In this document: piece after piece, positions 8,278-19,300 of the stretch | Layout of the letters: the number at the start of each line of letters is the position of its first letter | How positions within the stretch are numbered: position 1 is the stretch's first letter | Notes under the pieces: model-generated | Seen by the model: the letters and a program-made list of their open reading frames with translations, nothing else | Databases searched by the model: none | Told to the model about the DNA's origin: nothing | Program-made: the position numbers and the translations under genes | NCBI GenBank assembly: GCA_000708835.1 | Contig: DF237729.1 | Coordinates: 1 to 33,404, forward strand | Length of the DNA stretch: 33,404 nt | Direction: 5' to 3' | DNA from: Klebsormidium nitens | Taxonomy: Eukaryota > Plantae > Klebsormidiophyceae

Positions 8278-8811
8278 TTCAACAGCTCAAAATCGCTGCG
8301 GTTGCCAGAAACCGTAGGCTCTTGGGGCTGCTTGCGGGACCTCCAGCTTTCGTGTCCTCGCTTGAATAGCCTCCCAGAAACCGTGGGGAAATGGCGGGAT
8401 TTGGAGTGCGCAGAGCTAAGTGGTTGCACAGGGTTGAGGGCCTTACCTGAGACCGTAGGCTCTTGGCATAGTCTCCGTGTGCTCTTTGTAGGGCATTCTG
8501 AAGGATGGGAGGCATGCACTGCTTTGGAAGGTCTTCCCGAGTCAGTCAGGGAATGGACGAATTTGACGGATGTTAGCTTGAAAGGCTGTACGGGGATCAA
8601 ATGTTTGCCCAGTGGTATAGGAGACTGGTGCAAAATATCCGCTGTTAATCTAGCCGGCTGTAGTGCTCTGCTAGAGCTGCCTGAGTCCATTATAAACTGG
8701 CCGCTTCACGACTCCGGTTTCACCAGGCGGCTCAAAGCAGGTTGCGGCGAAGCCCTAGTCAGGTCGATCGAGCAATACGAAGAGCGAAGGCTTCTTGCAA
8801 GGAAGCCGTAG
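8278..8811 (+). pseudogene. In-frame continuation of the F-box/LRR gene after the internal TAA (6 more LRRs); whole locus 6490-8811, 773 codons
   Basis: The frame is unchanged across TAA 8275-8277 (WEKLTTL*FNSSKSLRLPETVGSWGCLRDLQL). The repeat register continues to TAG at 8809-8811. Confidence 0.7.
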
Positions 8812-10153
8812 ACGCTTACATACTTTAGGTCAATGGTCTACGTAAGGAACTGCTAGGTAACTCTTACTTGTGAGTCATAGTTAGTGTATCTTGAGCGAAC
8901 TACGTACAAAGAGTGGCACTTCTTTACTATGGATGCGGTGTGTAGGTATATGCCCGTCTCTTTAGCCACTTTACACTTATGGCATACATCTTATGTCCGG
9001 TTTCAGATCTTGCAGTTTCACCTTTTAACGCCAGATCAGCCAGCCAGGCCTCAATAATAATCGGACCATTGGCCGGAATTACTTGAAACACTTTCAGTTG
9101 ACACATGGCGGAATGTCTACTATTTTCGTTCCTCGATCTTTTCAACCATAGAAAAGAATTCAAGTGTCCTTTTCAACGTGTGCTAAAACTAAACTCACAC
9201 ATGCGATCACGATCGCTTGTCGCAGAACTGGAAGAGAGAGCCTCCTCCAAAATCGATTTTGAGTAGATCCTGCTCAACATATTTTAGATATTAGCATAGC
9301 CCTACATTTGCCTGCATGGTCAAGTTACCATTGAGTTTGCACACAGGCAACCGCAGGCTGCGTACGTTGACTCGTTGCTCACATACGGCGGATCGCGCTA
9401 TAGTACATGTATCATTCGCATATGCTATTTCCATGCAATCATTTAACAGCAGTCGTATCCAGCCGCTAGATCTCGATGTAACGGCTTTGGCATACTAATG
9501 TTGCGCGCAATATGTATGGTTACTGAGCATGTCGGATGTTGAAGACTGGGAGCGGCAAACTTGTGTATACTTGCTACTACATACTGATACAGGTGTACAG
9601 CACTTAAGTTGGTAATCAAGATCCGTCCGCCCCTGCATGCGTGTCGTTAGACCTTTGATCGAGCTAAATCCAACACTGAAAATCGTATTTCGCCTTGGTT
9701 GCATTCATTGCCAGTGCTAGCCAGAGCTCAGCTAGGCTCGATTGCATGTGCCATGCATGGGATCAATCGCTCGAACATGTGCCAAAAGTGCGGGAAAAAC
9801 GCGCAGCTCAAGCATTAGAGACACATCTGCAGCCCACGTTTTGTGCTTCTAGCACAAAAACGAACAGAACGTGCATGAACTCAATACATGGTGATCTTTC
9901 ATGTAATTGACCAACAAGCTGTAAGCACGGCCCAGATCATGATGCATATACTGGCAAGAGATACGAGCTACGTTTACCAGTTTGAAGGCAGGTCCAGGCC
10001 CTGAATGACTTGAGAAGGTCTACAAATTGTTGAATTGTTGATGCCCACAGTCCCACTGTTAAAGGAGGACAGTAGCACATGACGACAGTATCAGACTTAA
10101 CACTTGCTGCAAAACTGTACAGCTTAACACGTTCCAAGCATTGCGACTTTCGA

Positions 10154-10363
10154 CTAGCCAAACCCGAAGCCCTCACTTCCCTCGTGGATTGCCAGCAAGA
10201 GTCGTTCCTGCAGCTGCTCGCGCATCTGGTATTCTGGCAGGTCCAGCTGGTTGAAGCACGTGTGGGCCGACGGCAGGCGGTCCGGGGCGCCGTACGCCTT
10301 GTGGATCTGGAAGCGCTGCGGGCCGGAGATGCCTTGCAGAGCCTTGAAGCCCTCCAGCGGCAC
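10154..10363 (-). CDS. UPL1: UPL1 exon 25 (last): HECT C-lobe with catalytic Cys (AHTCF) and TAG stop
   Basis: Acceptor TTTGCAG|GTGCCG; [11 protein letters not shown]...GFGFG*. Confidence 0.95.
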   Translation of the reverse strand: MPLEGFKALQGISGPQRFQIHKAYGAPDRLPSAHTCFNQLDLPEYQMREQLQERLLLAIHEGSEGFGFG

Positions 10364-13300
10364 CTGCAAACGGGAAACATGCTGATTAGATCCCCCGGCA
10401 GAGCTCACAGTTGCCTGAGTATTCAAAATAAAGAGTCGAACAGACCTTCCGCGGTTCAGGCTTCGGATACTCGTGGCCGACAAGATGAAGTGTTCCAACG
10501 AGCTACCACGCCAATCATCGGAACGAGGTCTGCAGAGAATGGCTCAATCCAGGACCGACGAAGGAGGATGACTCTGGTGAGTCCAAAAATGACCAGGAGG
10601 TATCTTCTACCACACCCCAGCAGGGAGCCTACTCTTATACGGGCACGAACCGGGTATTTACGAGAGAACGACCTCCACGACTTCCTTGCTCTGCATACTT
10701 CCGAAGGAACAGAGAAGAAAAGGCTGCCGGTTCGTACCTTGGAGGTACCGGTGGTGAACTGCAGGAGGCGCGCCTGGTCCTCCTTGCTGAAGTTGCGGAC
10801 GACGTCCCAGAACCACTGCACCACGGGAGATGCGCCCGTGAAGCCCGTGTACTCCGTGTTCTGCTTCAGGTCCTCAACTGAGAGAAATAAAAATGACGTC
10901 AGCACAAGCCATTTTCTCAGGTCCTCGACTGCGGGCATTATTGGCGAGTATCTGACGTCAGCAAAGACCTTTTCCTTTCAATCGGGAAAAATGATCCTGT
11001 TTGGGCAATGGTACTCCGTGTTCTGCTTCAGGTCCTCGACGGCGGAGACGCAACAGAAACGGAAGATGACGTCAGCACAGGCCGTTTCTCCTATCGCTCT
11101 TTTCTCAGCAAGGAGGTCGTGATCCAGAAGTTGTGCGGCTGGCAGAAGATACGAATTGAACAAGCTGACTGCCTCAATTTCTTGAAGGCATACGGATGAA
11201 GAAGTCCGCATATGTTTTGGCCCTTTCCCCCCCTCGAGGATCCGAAGTTGTGTAGGCCGCTGCAAAATCCGTCCCAAGAACATCGTATTCTCAACGTTCA
11301 CGAGTCAAACAAAGCAGTACTGTCCAGCAAAAGCACCGAAACACGAGGAATCTGAAGCGTAGCAGGATTGTAGACACGTGGGTGCTCACACTGGTCGATC
11401 TAGGGCATATCGCAGATCGGCTGAGCGACCTTTTTCGTCAGTTTTAGAACATAGGATCCCGGCCAAGGAAGCATAGTATTTCAGAACGATGACTTTATAG
11501 AGTATCACTCACTGTCGATCTCGGGCAGGCCGCTGATGAGCAGCTCCAGCTCCTTGTCGTTGAACACCGCGATCAGGTCCTTGGGAATGAGCTCGTGGAA
11601 ACCATCCAGGAACGCCGAAATTTGCGGGCGGATCGCGGTCGTCATGCGGTGCTCGGCAACTAGGTTGACGTACTCGCGCTTGTTGGCCTCGGTCACCGGA
11701 ATGTCGCGGCCGCCCGGCTTGAGCTCGTGGTCGTGGAGCTGCTGCTTCTCGTACAATATGTGCTGCTCTTCGTCGGCTTCGACGGCGAAGGTCAGGTCCA
11801 GCACGCCCGTGATGTCGTTCTGAAATAAAGGCCAATTTTTTTGGTCAAGGGTTTGCAGGCCCAGATCAATACTATTCTGAGCGCAGTCTGCGATCCTGAG
11901 CCGTCGCAATGGCTCCATAAGAATCATCGCAGTGGCAGACTCCATTATGGAGCATTGCATCCTAACTGCCAGCTTTGACGTGAAGAGATATTGAGGGTCT
12001 GTTCAAAATGGTCGAGAAACAAGCTCCGGGGAAAACCTGGAGAACCCGAAATTACGAAAGTTTGAAACTAATCCCTGGTTTCGAAACACTTGGCTTGAGG
12101 TCGAAAACAGAACAATCAGCAGTGCACCTCAAGGCCCGACTGCCGACCTCCATAGATAATGACGGCCTTTTCCCTTGCCCCTGCTCGCAATCACGAGGTG
12201 ACTCATCTGTACGGCTGCAAACCCGCATGAACAGTTGCAGTTGTCCGAAGGTTTCGGAAACGCTGAAAAACTCACGTCGAGCATCCACTTTAGGTTTTTG
12301 TAGTACTCGGGGTCGATGGCCTCGATGTCGTGGTACGTGATCTTGTTGCCCAGGATGTGCTTGTAGAAGGAGCGCGTGAAGTACACGTCCAGCAGCTGCC
12401 CGTCATACAGCGCCTTGCCTACCTGCACGCAGAAAGTGCAAGGCTTAGGAAAACGTGTGAATTCTGGCAATTTCTCTTGTCCACAAGTAAGACAGAAAGC
12501 CGGAAACCGTAGAACGCCAGAAGGGGGCAGCAGAGGTGCAAGAGGTTTTGCGTGCAGGACTAGCAGAAGAATCGTAACGCTGTGGATGGTTCTTGCAGTT
12601 CATGCATTTAGGACTGCAGCAACAGAAGCTGGCGAACTCAAGAATGATTGGATTGACTCATCATACTCTCTCAGAATCGAGCAGTGAGGAATGTGCAACA
12701 TTCTGAACACCCCAAAGCGCGAGAGCGGTGATGCAACGTCCTGCTTACACAAACGAGGAACACGCCTTGCTACACAGCAACCCCAGGAGCACCCACTGAA
12801 TGAACGGATCGACTAAGCAGGCAAGAAAGCGCCGCCAAAACGACACCAGTTGTTACAGACCACCCCACATTCAGCCGGGCCAGCATCAGCACCCTAACCC
12901 TAAATTCTTGATCCAAACCTTTTGCGGAACCTGAGACCCTCGCAACTCACCACACGGCCGACGAACTTGAAGTAGGACAGATGCTCCGTCTGGTAGCCGG
13001 AGTTAGGGTTCGGCTGGTACGTGGAATCGTTGCCGGCGGCGCTGGTGAAGAGCAGCGTGCCCTTGTCGAAGATGACGCGGCTCAGCAGCTGGTACCACTC
13101 GCGCGTCAGCCCGCCTGCGTCGATGCCCTCCTCGCCCTGGAAATGTACCACGAGCCGGCCGCGCAGCTCCTCGGGGCGCCGCATGCGCAGCTGCATACGA
13201 GGTGAGGAGTATCCCGCATCAGAGATGGCCTGCTTTGCAAGAGCCGGTGGAAAAAGGAGTACACCATTAAGCGGGCTCCGCAGCCACATACGAGATGCGG

Positions 13301-16300
13301 ATGCTCCTTACGAGAGAAGCCTTGACAGGACGTTTCGAAAGGACACAAGAACCAGCGCGACGACCTCTGTGCTCCTCCGGACAAAATTCATAGTAAACAC
13401 CCGTGTGGAGAGGTCTAACGAAAATCACAGCCGTCGAAACCTCGTACATGTTTTATTCAACAATGTTCATGCAATGAAAGATAGCGAGCAGCAAACCGAC
13501 TCTGTGCATAAGTTCCATCGCTGGCAAACCATAGGAGTTTAAGTCCGCAATACCTGGATCACAAACCAGACTGGGATCAATCTTGGCTTGGCTCCTCGGT
13601 TCATACCTGATTGTACGAGTCCTCCAGCACGTACGCCCGTCGAACCGGGACCCGCAGCGAGTGGTGGTGGTGCGTTTGCTCGTGCTGCTGCCGGATCTTC
13701 GACCGGAAGAAGTTGCGCTTGTTGTCGAAGTCGATAAGGCGCGGCGTCTTGAGGATCAGGTTGAAAGTGCCCTGCGTAAAAGTCGGGAGCGTCAGAATTC
13801 AACTGCTTTGAAGCAGGTTCGTGGACTTGTTTTCAATCTCCTGACTCGAAAGGTGCTTTTCAATTGTATATAAACACTTTTTGAGGAGTCGCAAAACGAG
13901 AATCATACGAATGTAGATATTAGAGGTTATTTTTGCTGTTTTCGTCCAATTAGAAGCGCTTCCTTGAAAGTCCCGTTATCGATGCTCGTCAGCAGAACAA
14001 GCGGAGACCAGATCCCCAATGACCAGACCCTTTCAAGCAAGACACTCCCGCAGAGAAACAACCCACCTCCAGCAGGTTCGGGTTCTGGCGAATGAAGGCG
14101 TTGAGCAGCTTCCGGTGCTTCTCCGCAAACGCCTGGAACGTCGACGGGCGGGCCACGTCCCGGGGCGTGCTCTGCTGCGACCACAGCCGTGGTGTCGACG
14201 TCCCGGTTGAATGCGCCGGCGACTCCCCCCCCTCTTGCCGGCTTCCGGGAGAATTCGGACGCGACTCGGACACCTCCCGCATTGTCGTGTCCTGCGAACC
14301 GGACGCCCCGCTTCCGGACGCCTTCTCGGACGCCTTCTCGGACGATTCGGACGCTTTCTCCGCCGCTTCGGACGCCTTTTTCGCCTTTTCGGACGCCTTC
14401 TTGAGCTCCCCGGCCTCCTGCAGCTTCTCGCACCACATGAGGAACGCCTCGATGTGCGGGAGGACCTTCCCCACGGAGGGGGGCAGGCTCTGCACTGCCG
14501 CGGCCACCCCCCCCGCGGCGACGTTCAGCCCCCCGAGCGCGGTCGTCTGCACGAGCTGCGTCTCGAGCTGCGACACACAACCGCTGAGCGCCTGCCAGAC
14601 GGGCTCGAGCGCCGGCGCTAGTTCGTCGATCACCGCGACGCCCTCGGCGCCCGCGGACTCGGTTTTCGTAACCCCGTCCTTAACCCGCTTCCCCGCCATG
14701 AGATAGCCGATCATGAGGAGCACGCGCAGGAGGGCCGCCCCCGCTGAAGCGTCCATTGCGGCCGAGACCGCTGCCGAGTGGCTGAGGGTTTCGAGTTCGG
14801 CGACGGCGGGGCGCACCAAAGTGTGCGCATCGGTCTTGAGCTCTCCCAGGAAGAGCGTGCGGTGCGCAGGAACGGGGTTGGCGAGGAGTTTTAGGATGGT
14901 GGACACCTTCGGATACGTAGCCTCCGGGAAGCTGCAAGGAAGGAGAGCGGGGCTCTTGTTAGTATTCGGGTTTGCAAGTCAACGGGACAGATTCGAGAAC
15001 AACCTACGCTAAGCGAACGGCAAAGAGGTCCCTTGCTAAAGAAGTTTACCAGACTTGGTGCCAGGCAAGCCTTTCGGAAAGACAATCAGGAGGCGGGCAT
15101 GGGAAAGCTTCGACCGTAGCATGGCTTCAACCCTTCGGGCAAGCTTTTCGTCCGACTCTCCTCGACTTCTCAACGTCCCTCCGGGTCCCTCCCATCACGT
15201 CCATTCTTGTGTGTAAGTATGAGCATCAGTGTTAAAGGAGCCTGCGTAACCGATTGAAAAATAGAAGCTTGAAAACTTCAGCAGACAGGATTGCCTCACC
15301 CCTGGTGCGCCAGCAGTCGGCACAGATAGCTCAGCTCCTTGGCCGGCAGCTCCTTGAGCACCGTCTCTGCCTCGCACGGCCCGATCGGCGCTGCCTCTAG
15401 TTTCTCCCCCTCGTCCTTCTCCTGCCTATCCACGTCCCAAAGTTCCGGAAGTCCATCCATCCTCTCCGGCTGTGCTGACGTCTCCTGGGCAGCGGCCGGG
15501 GGCCCGTCAGCGGGCGCCGCTTCGGTGCTGACGTCACCTTCCGTTGGGGCTGGTGCGGCGGCGCGGGCCGCCGCATCCTCGGCTGCCTTCTTTTCCTTCT
15601 CTTTCTGCTCGGCTTCGGCCTTGGCTTTCTGGCGCTCGAGCTCTTTCTCGTGGGCGCGCACGCGCGCGCGGTGCTCCGCCATGTCAGCCTCGGCGTGGCG
15701 CATGACGACCTCGGTCAGCGCGAGCAGCTGCACGAGTGAACAAGGATTCCGATTGTTAAACTCCACCTTTTTCAACTTCAAAGTGTTTTTGATTCATCTT
15801 TTTCGGGCTTCATGGGAGAAGCCCTGAAAGCGTGGCTGACGAATTTGAAGTTCTATCACATGCGATCAACCGGAAGCCAACGTCCAAAATCTCTGGGAAG
15901 TTCCGCTTTTGCTCATTTGATTGTTTGATAGCATGTCGAGTTCTTAAATCCAACGAGAACAACGCCACTAGTGCTGTAGCTTCAAGTTCGTCGGAACCAA
16001 AAAACAAACCGAGACCTGAAATGACGAATGAATTCACCAAATACCGGACTGCAAGACTACGAGAGTCAAGCCCCACTCCATTCAGCAGCGTTTCAACCAA
16101 CGCGCCTCATCAACTCAGAGCAAACCCAGCTCATATAAAGTTTTTTCCAGTGAGATCGGCCAACAACAAGAATGATCGCATACCTGCTCCAGGTGCGAGT
16201 TGCTCCGGACATACAGCGGCTGGCTCAGCAGCCTCAGCAGCAGCACGAGAGGAATTTCCGTCACCGTCTTTGCGACCTCTTCCGACTCCACGACTTTCGC

Positions 16301-19300
16301 CTTGCCCTTACGGTCGGTGGGCGCCTCAGGAGCGTCGACCTCCAGTTGCAACAGCTGGTGGGCGATGGTGCCGCTGTGGCGAGCCAGGTAGGTCAGGGTG
16401 TCTAGGACACGGCGGGAGAGAAGCGGAGGGAAACCTGCAAGGAAACAGGATTTCAGCAGTGTGAGCAAAGGCGTGGGGGCTATGGAGTTATGGGGTTTCT
16501 TGGACTGCACGCTCCTGACAGGCTTCCTCAGAACCTGTGCAAAAGACGGGTATAGCTCATACAGAGAGCTGAGTTGTGGCTGACACTATCACCCAAGTAG
16601 TGAACGATCTCTCGGGGAACGGCATGCGATGCAAACCCTTGTGCGCTGTGAGACAGCTGGCGTGTACGTGATGCAAGTACGACGCTTCGAGTCATTCTGA
16701 CGGCCGTTAGACTGCTGAACAAATACTGGTGGGCGAACACGGCTAAAATTTAGAATAGCAACTACCAAGTAGATTATCTCTAGAAAAAGAGGGATTTCCA
16801 AAAACCGAAGCAGAGCAGAGGAGCAAGACATGAACCGCCCCCAAACCGGCGATTGTTGAGCAACTCTTCACAAATTGAGGCACCCACCGTCTGTGGTGGC
16901 ATCAGAGCGCGCATAGACGACGTTGGACTGCGCGCCAAAGAGCCGGTCCGGCATTGCCTCAATGTCTGCAGACGCCTTCTCGTCCTTGGGCCGCATAATG
17001 GTCAGCAGCTGGCGCAGCATGGCAGTGCGCGTCTTGCTGTGAAGGGACAGGTTGAGGAGGAGACGGGGGAGAAGGCCCTTGCCCAATGGCTGCAAATGGG
17101 TAGGAGTGAGGTTAGAAAGAGGGTTAACGAATGTTAACAGGAGGGATGGCTGGATAGACAGGTTCGGGAGGAGGCGGAGGAGGAGGCCCTTGCCCAATGG
17201 CTGCAAATGGGTTAGGAGCGAGGTTAGAAGAAGGGTTAGCAGATGATTTAGGAGGATTAGCAACAGGTATAGGAGGAGGAGGCCATTGCCCAACGGCTGC
17301 AAAAAAGCGAACGGGGTCAGCTTCGGTACCTTCAAAGAGGTGTGAGCAGCACGGTAGCATGTCTATTGATATCAGAGTGTCGCACGAAGTAGGTCCTCCT
17401 TTACAGAATACCAGCGAGGGTATTGGGATAGGGCTGACATACGGTTTCCTTCACGTAAGCGCGATCACGCGGTCCCATAGCAGGGGGGAGGAAAGGAGCG
17501 AAAACCAAGCGGAGAACGTGGATGCCAGGCTGGATAATACAGGTTGCCAGAGTGTGCTGAACAACCTGGAGAAGAGTCCAAACGCGTTAAGGAATTTCGG
17601 GACTAGACAATCTGCCAAAGGATTGCGTCGTTCTGGTCATCTTGCAAAAATCGGCATGGCAAGTTGCCTCGGATGTGAAGCCCAAGAATGGACATGATCA
17701 TATGATAACCCAAAAGGCGCTTTGCAGTCTCACCTGGGCGAGCCATAAGAGCCTCAAGATTGACCCCAACTCCTTCGTCTCGAGCAGCGGCCGACCCTCC
17801 ACTTCCTTCCTATGCGGCTCAGGCACGTGGTGCGGATGCGTGCTGACGTGGCCGTTTCCGCGCACCCGCGCCTGGAGCGCGTGGTTGATCTGGTGGAGGC
17901 GCGTTCGCTGGGCTGCCCGCCCGGGGTCGGCGTGACGGTAGTGCGCCAGGTGGCGCTCTCTCAGGAGCTGCGCTTCGGCGAGCAGGGCCGGCGGGAGGGC
18001 CGCCAACACTTGCTCGGAGGCTGTCAGCAGGACCTGGGGTACAAGAAAGGGAGTGATGAGCTTGTGAATGATTGGACTCGCCAGTTTCTTTTGGCTTGAA
18101 AGTCGGCTGCCGATAACTTAGTTGATGAGGCGAGTTATGCGCAGCCTGCTGGGGTTGCAGGAGCTTCAGCTTTTTGCTAATGGGAGATCCTCACGGACAA
18201 CTCTACCTTGACACCATCCGAAAACCCCACTTTCATGTCCAAATCAATTCAATCTTGCGACCCCCCAACGATACAATGGGGATCATCAGCAGCTTCGCCT
18301 CTTCCTTGCTTCCTCGATAGGCAACTAAAGAGTTCCTTCTTACAATGTCCAGCATCACTCCTACATGAAGAAAAGAAAGCCCAAGATGGCCGAACCAGAC
18401 GGATGAGGATATGAATTGGGTAACTAACCGTTGCACAGATTACTAAAGCGGAACGAAGCCCGCCCACTTTGACTCAGTACTCACCTCCTCCCGCAGGTCC
18501 GGCGGGAACGTCGCGATGATCGACGCGCTGTCCATGTCGGCGCTCGTCGCGCTCGCCGCATGCCGCGCCGCCGCCTGTGCGACCCGCTGCTGCGCAAGGA
18601 CCTCCGCTTGCATATCGGGCGGGAGCGCCGCCAGAAACTCCGGGTCCACGTCATTCGTCAGCAGCGCCTCGATCGGGTTGTTGCTGCTCGGACCGGGAGC
18701 GGCTTCGGGTACTTGAGCGGCCGATGGGGCGGGGTCCGGGTTTTGGGCTTCGTTTGTTGGTGGGTTGGTCGGGTCTGCGGGTGCCGCGGGCGCGGCCGGG
18801 GGTTGGGCGAGCGCGGCGAGGGTCGCCTGGCGGGCTTGCCTGGAGGAACGGGAAAGAAGTGGAGTGAGATGCGTGTAAAGAATGGACAAAAGGATGACCA
18901 AAGTCGGCCCGCGAAAGTTCCCCTTCCAGAACAAAACGAAATTACTAGCCAGAGAGAAAGCCGCTGTGCTGTCTCCGCAAGATCGAAGTGAAAAGAGACA
19001 GGCACACAGGAAACGGCTGTGAGGCCGGTGCTCGAAGAACCCCCGAAAGTTGCATGTCGGAAAAAGGTACACCCGACAGATAACTTTTGTGACGTGAGCA
19101 GGACGAAGCAGGTCGAGTCCTTGAGTAAGCAGCGACGTAAGCAAAGAACTTACCTTCTCGCCGCAGCCTGCTCGTTCTCGAGCACCTCCGCCCTCAGCTC
19201 CGGAGGCAGGGCGTCCAGGAAGGTGGGGTCGATTCCGCTCATGCCGGTCGCGGTCTCAGGGGCCGCCTCCACGGGAGCCGCAACTGTGGGGCCGACGCCT

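Noticed and set aside
10079-11122. 347-aa plus-strand ORF overlapping the UPL1 3' end
   Set aside because: It lies antisense to exons 24-25 and their introns, and its repeated [10 protein letters not shown] is just the reverse of the duplicated acceptor. No independent coding signal.
12891-12904. Interstitial telomeric repeat (ACCCTAACCCTAAA); also GGGTTAG runs at 17097-17250
   Set aside because: Two units or fewer at 12891. The 17.1-kb motifs are explained as CTAAC branch sites of the duplicated acceptor.
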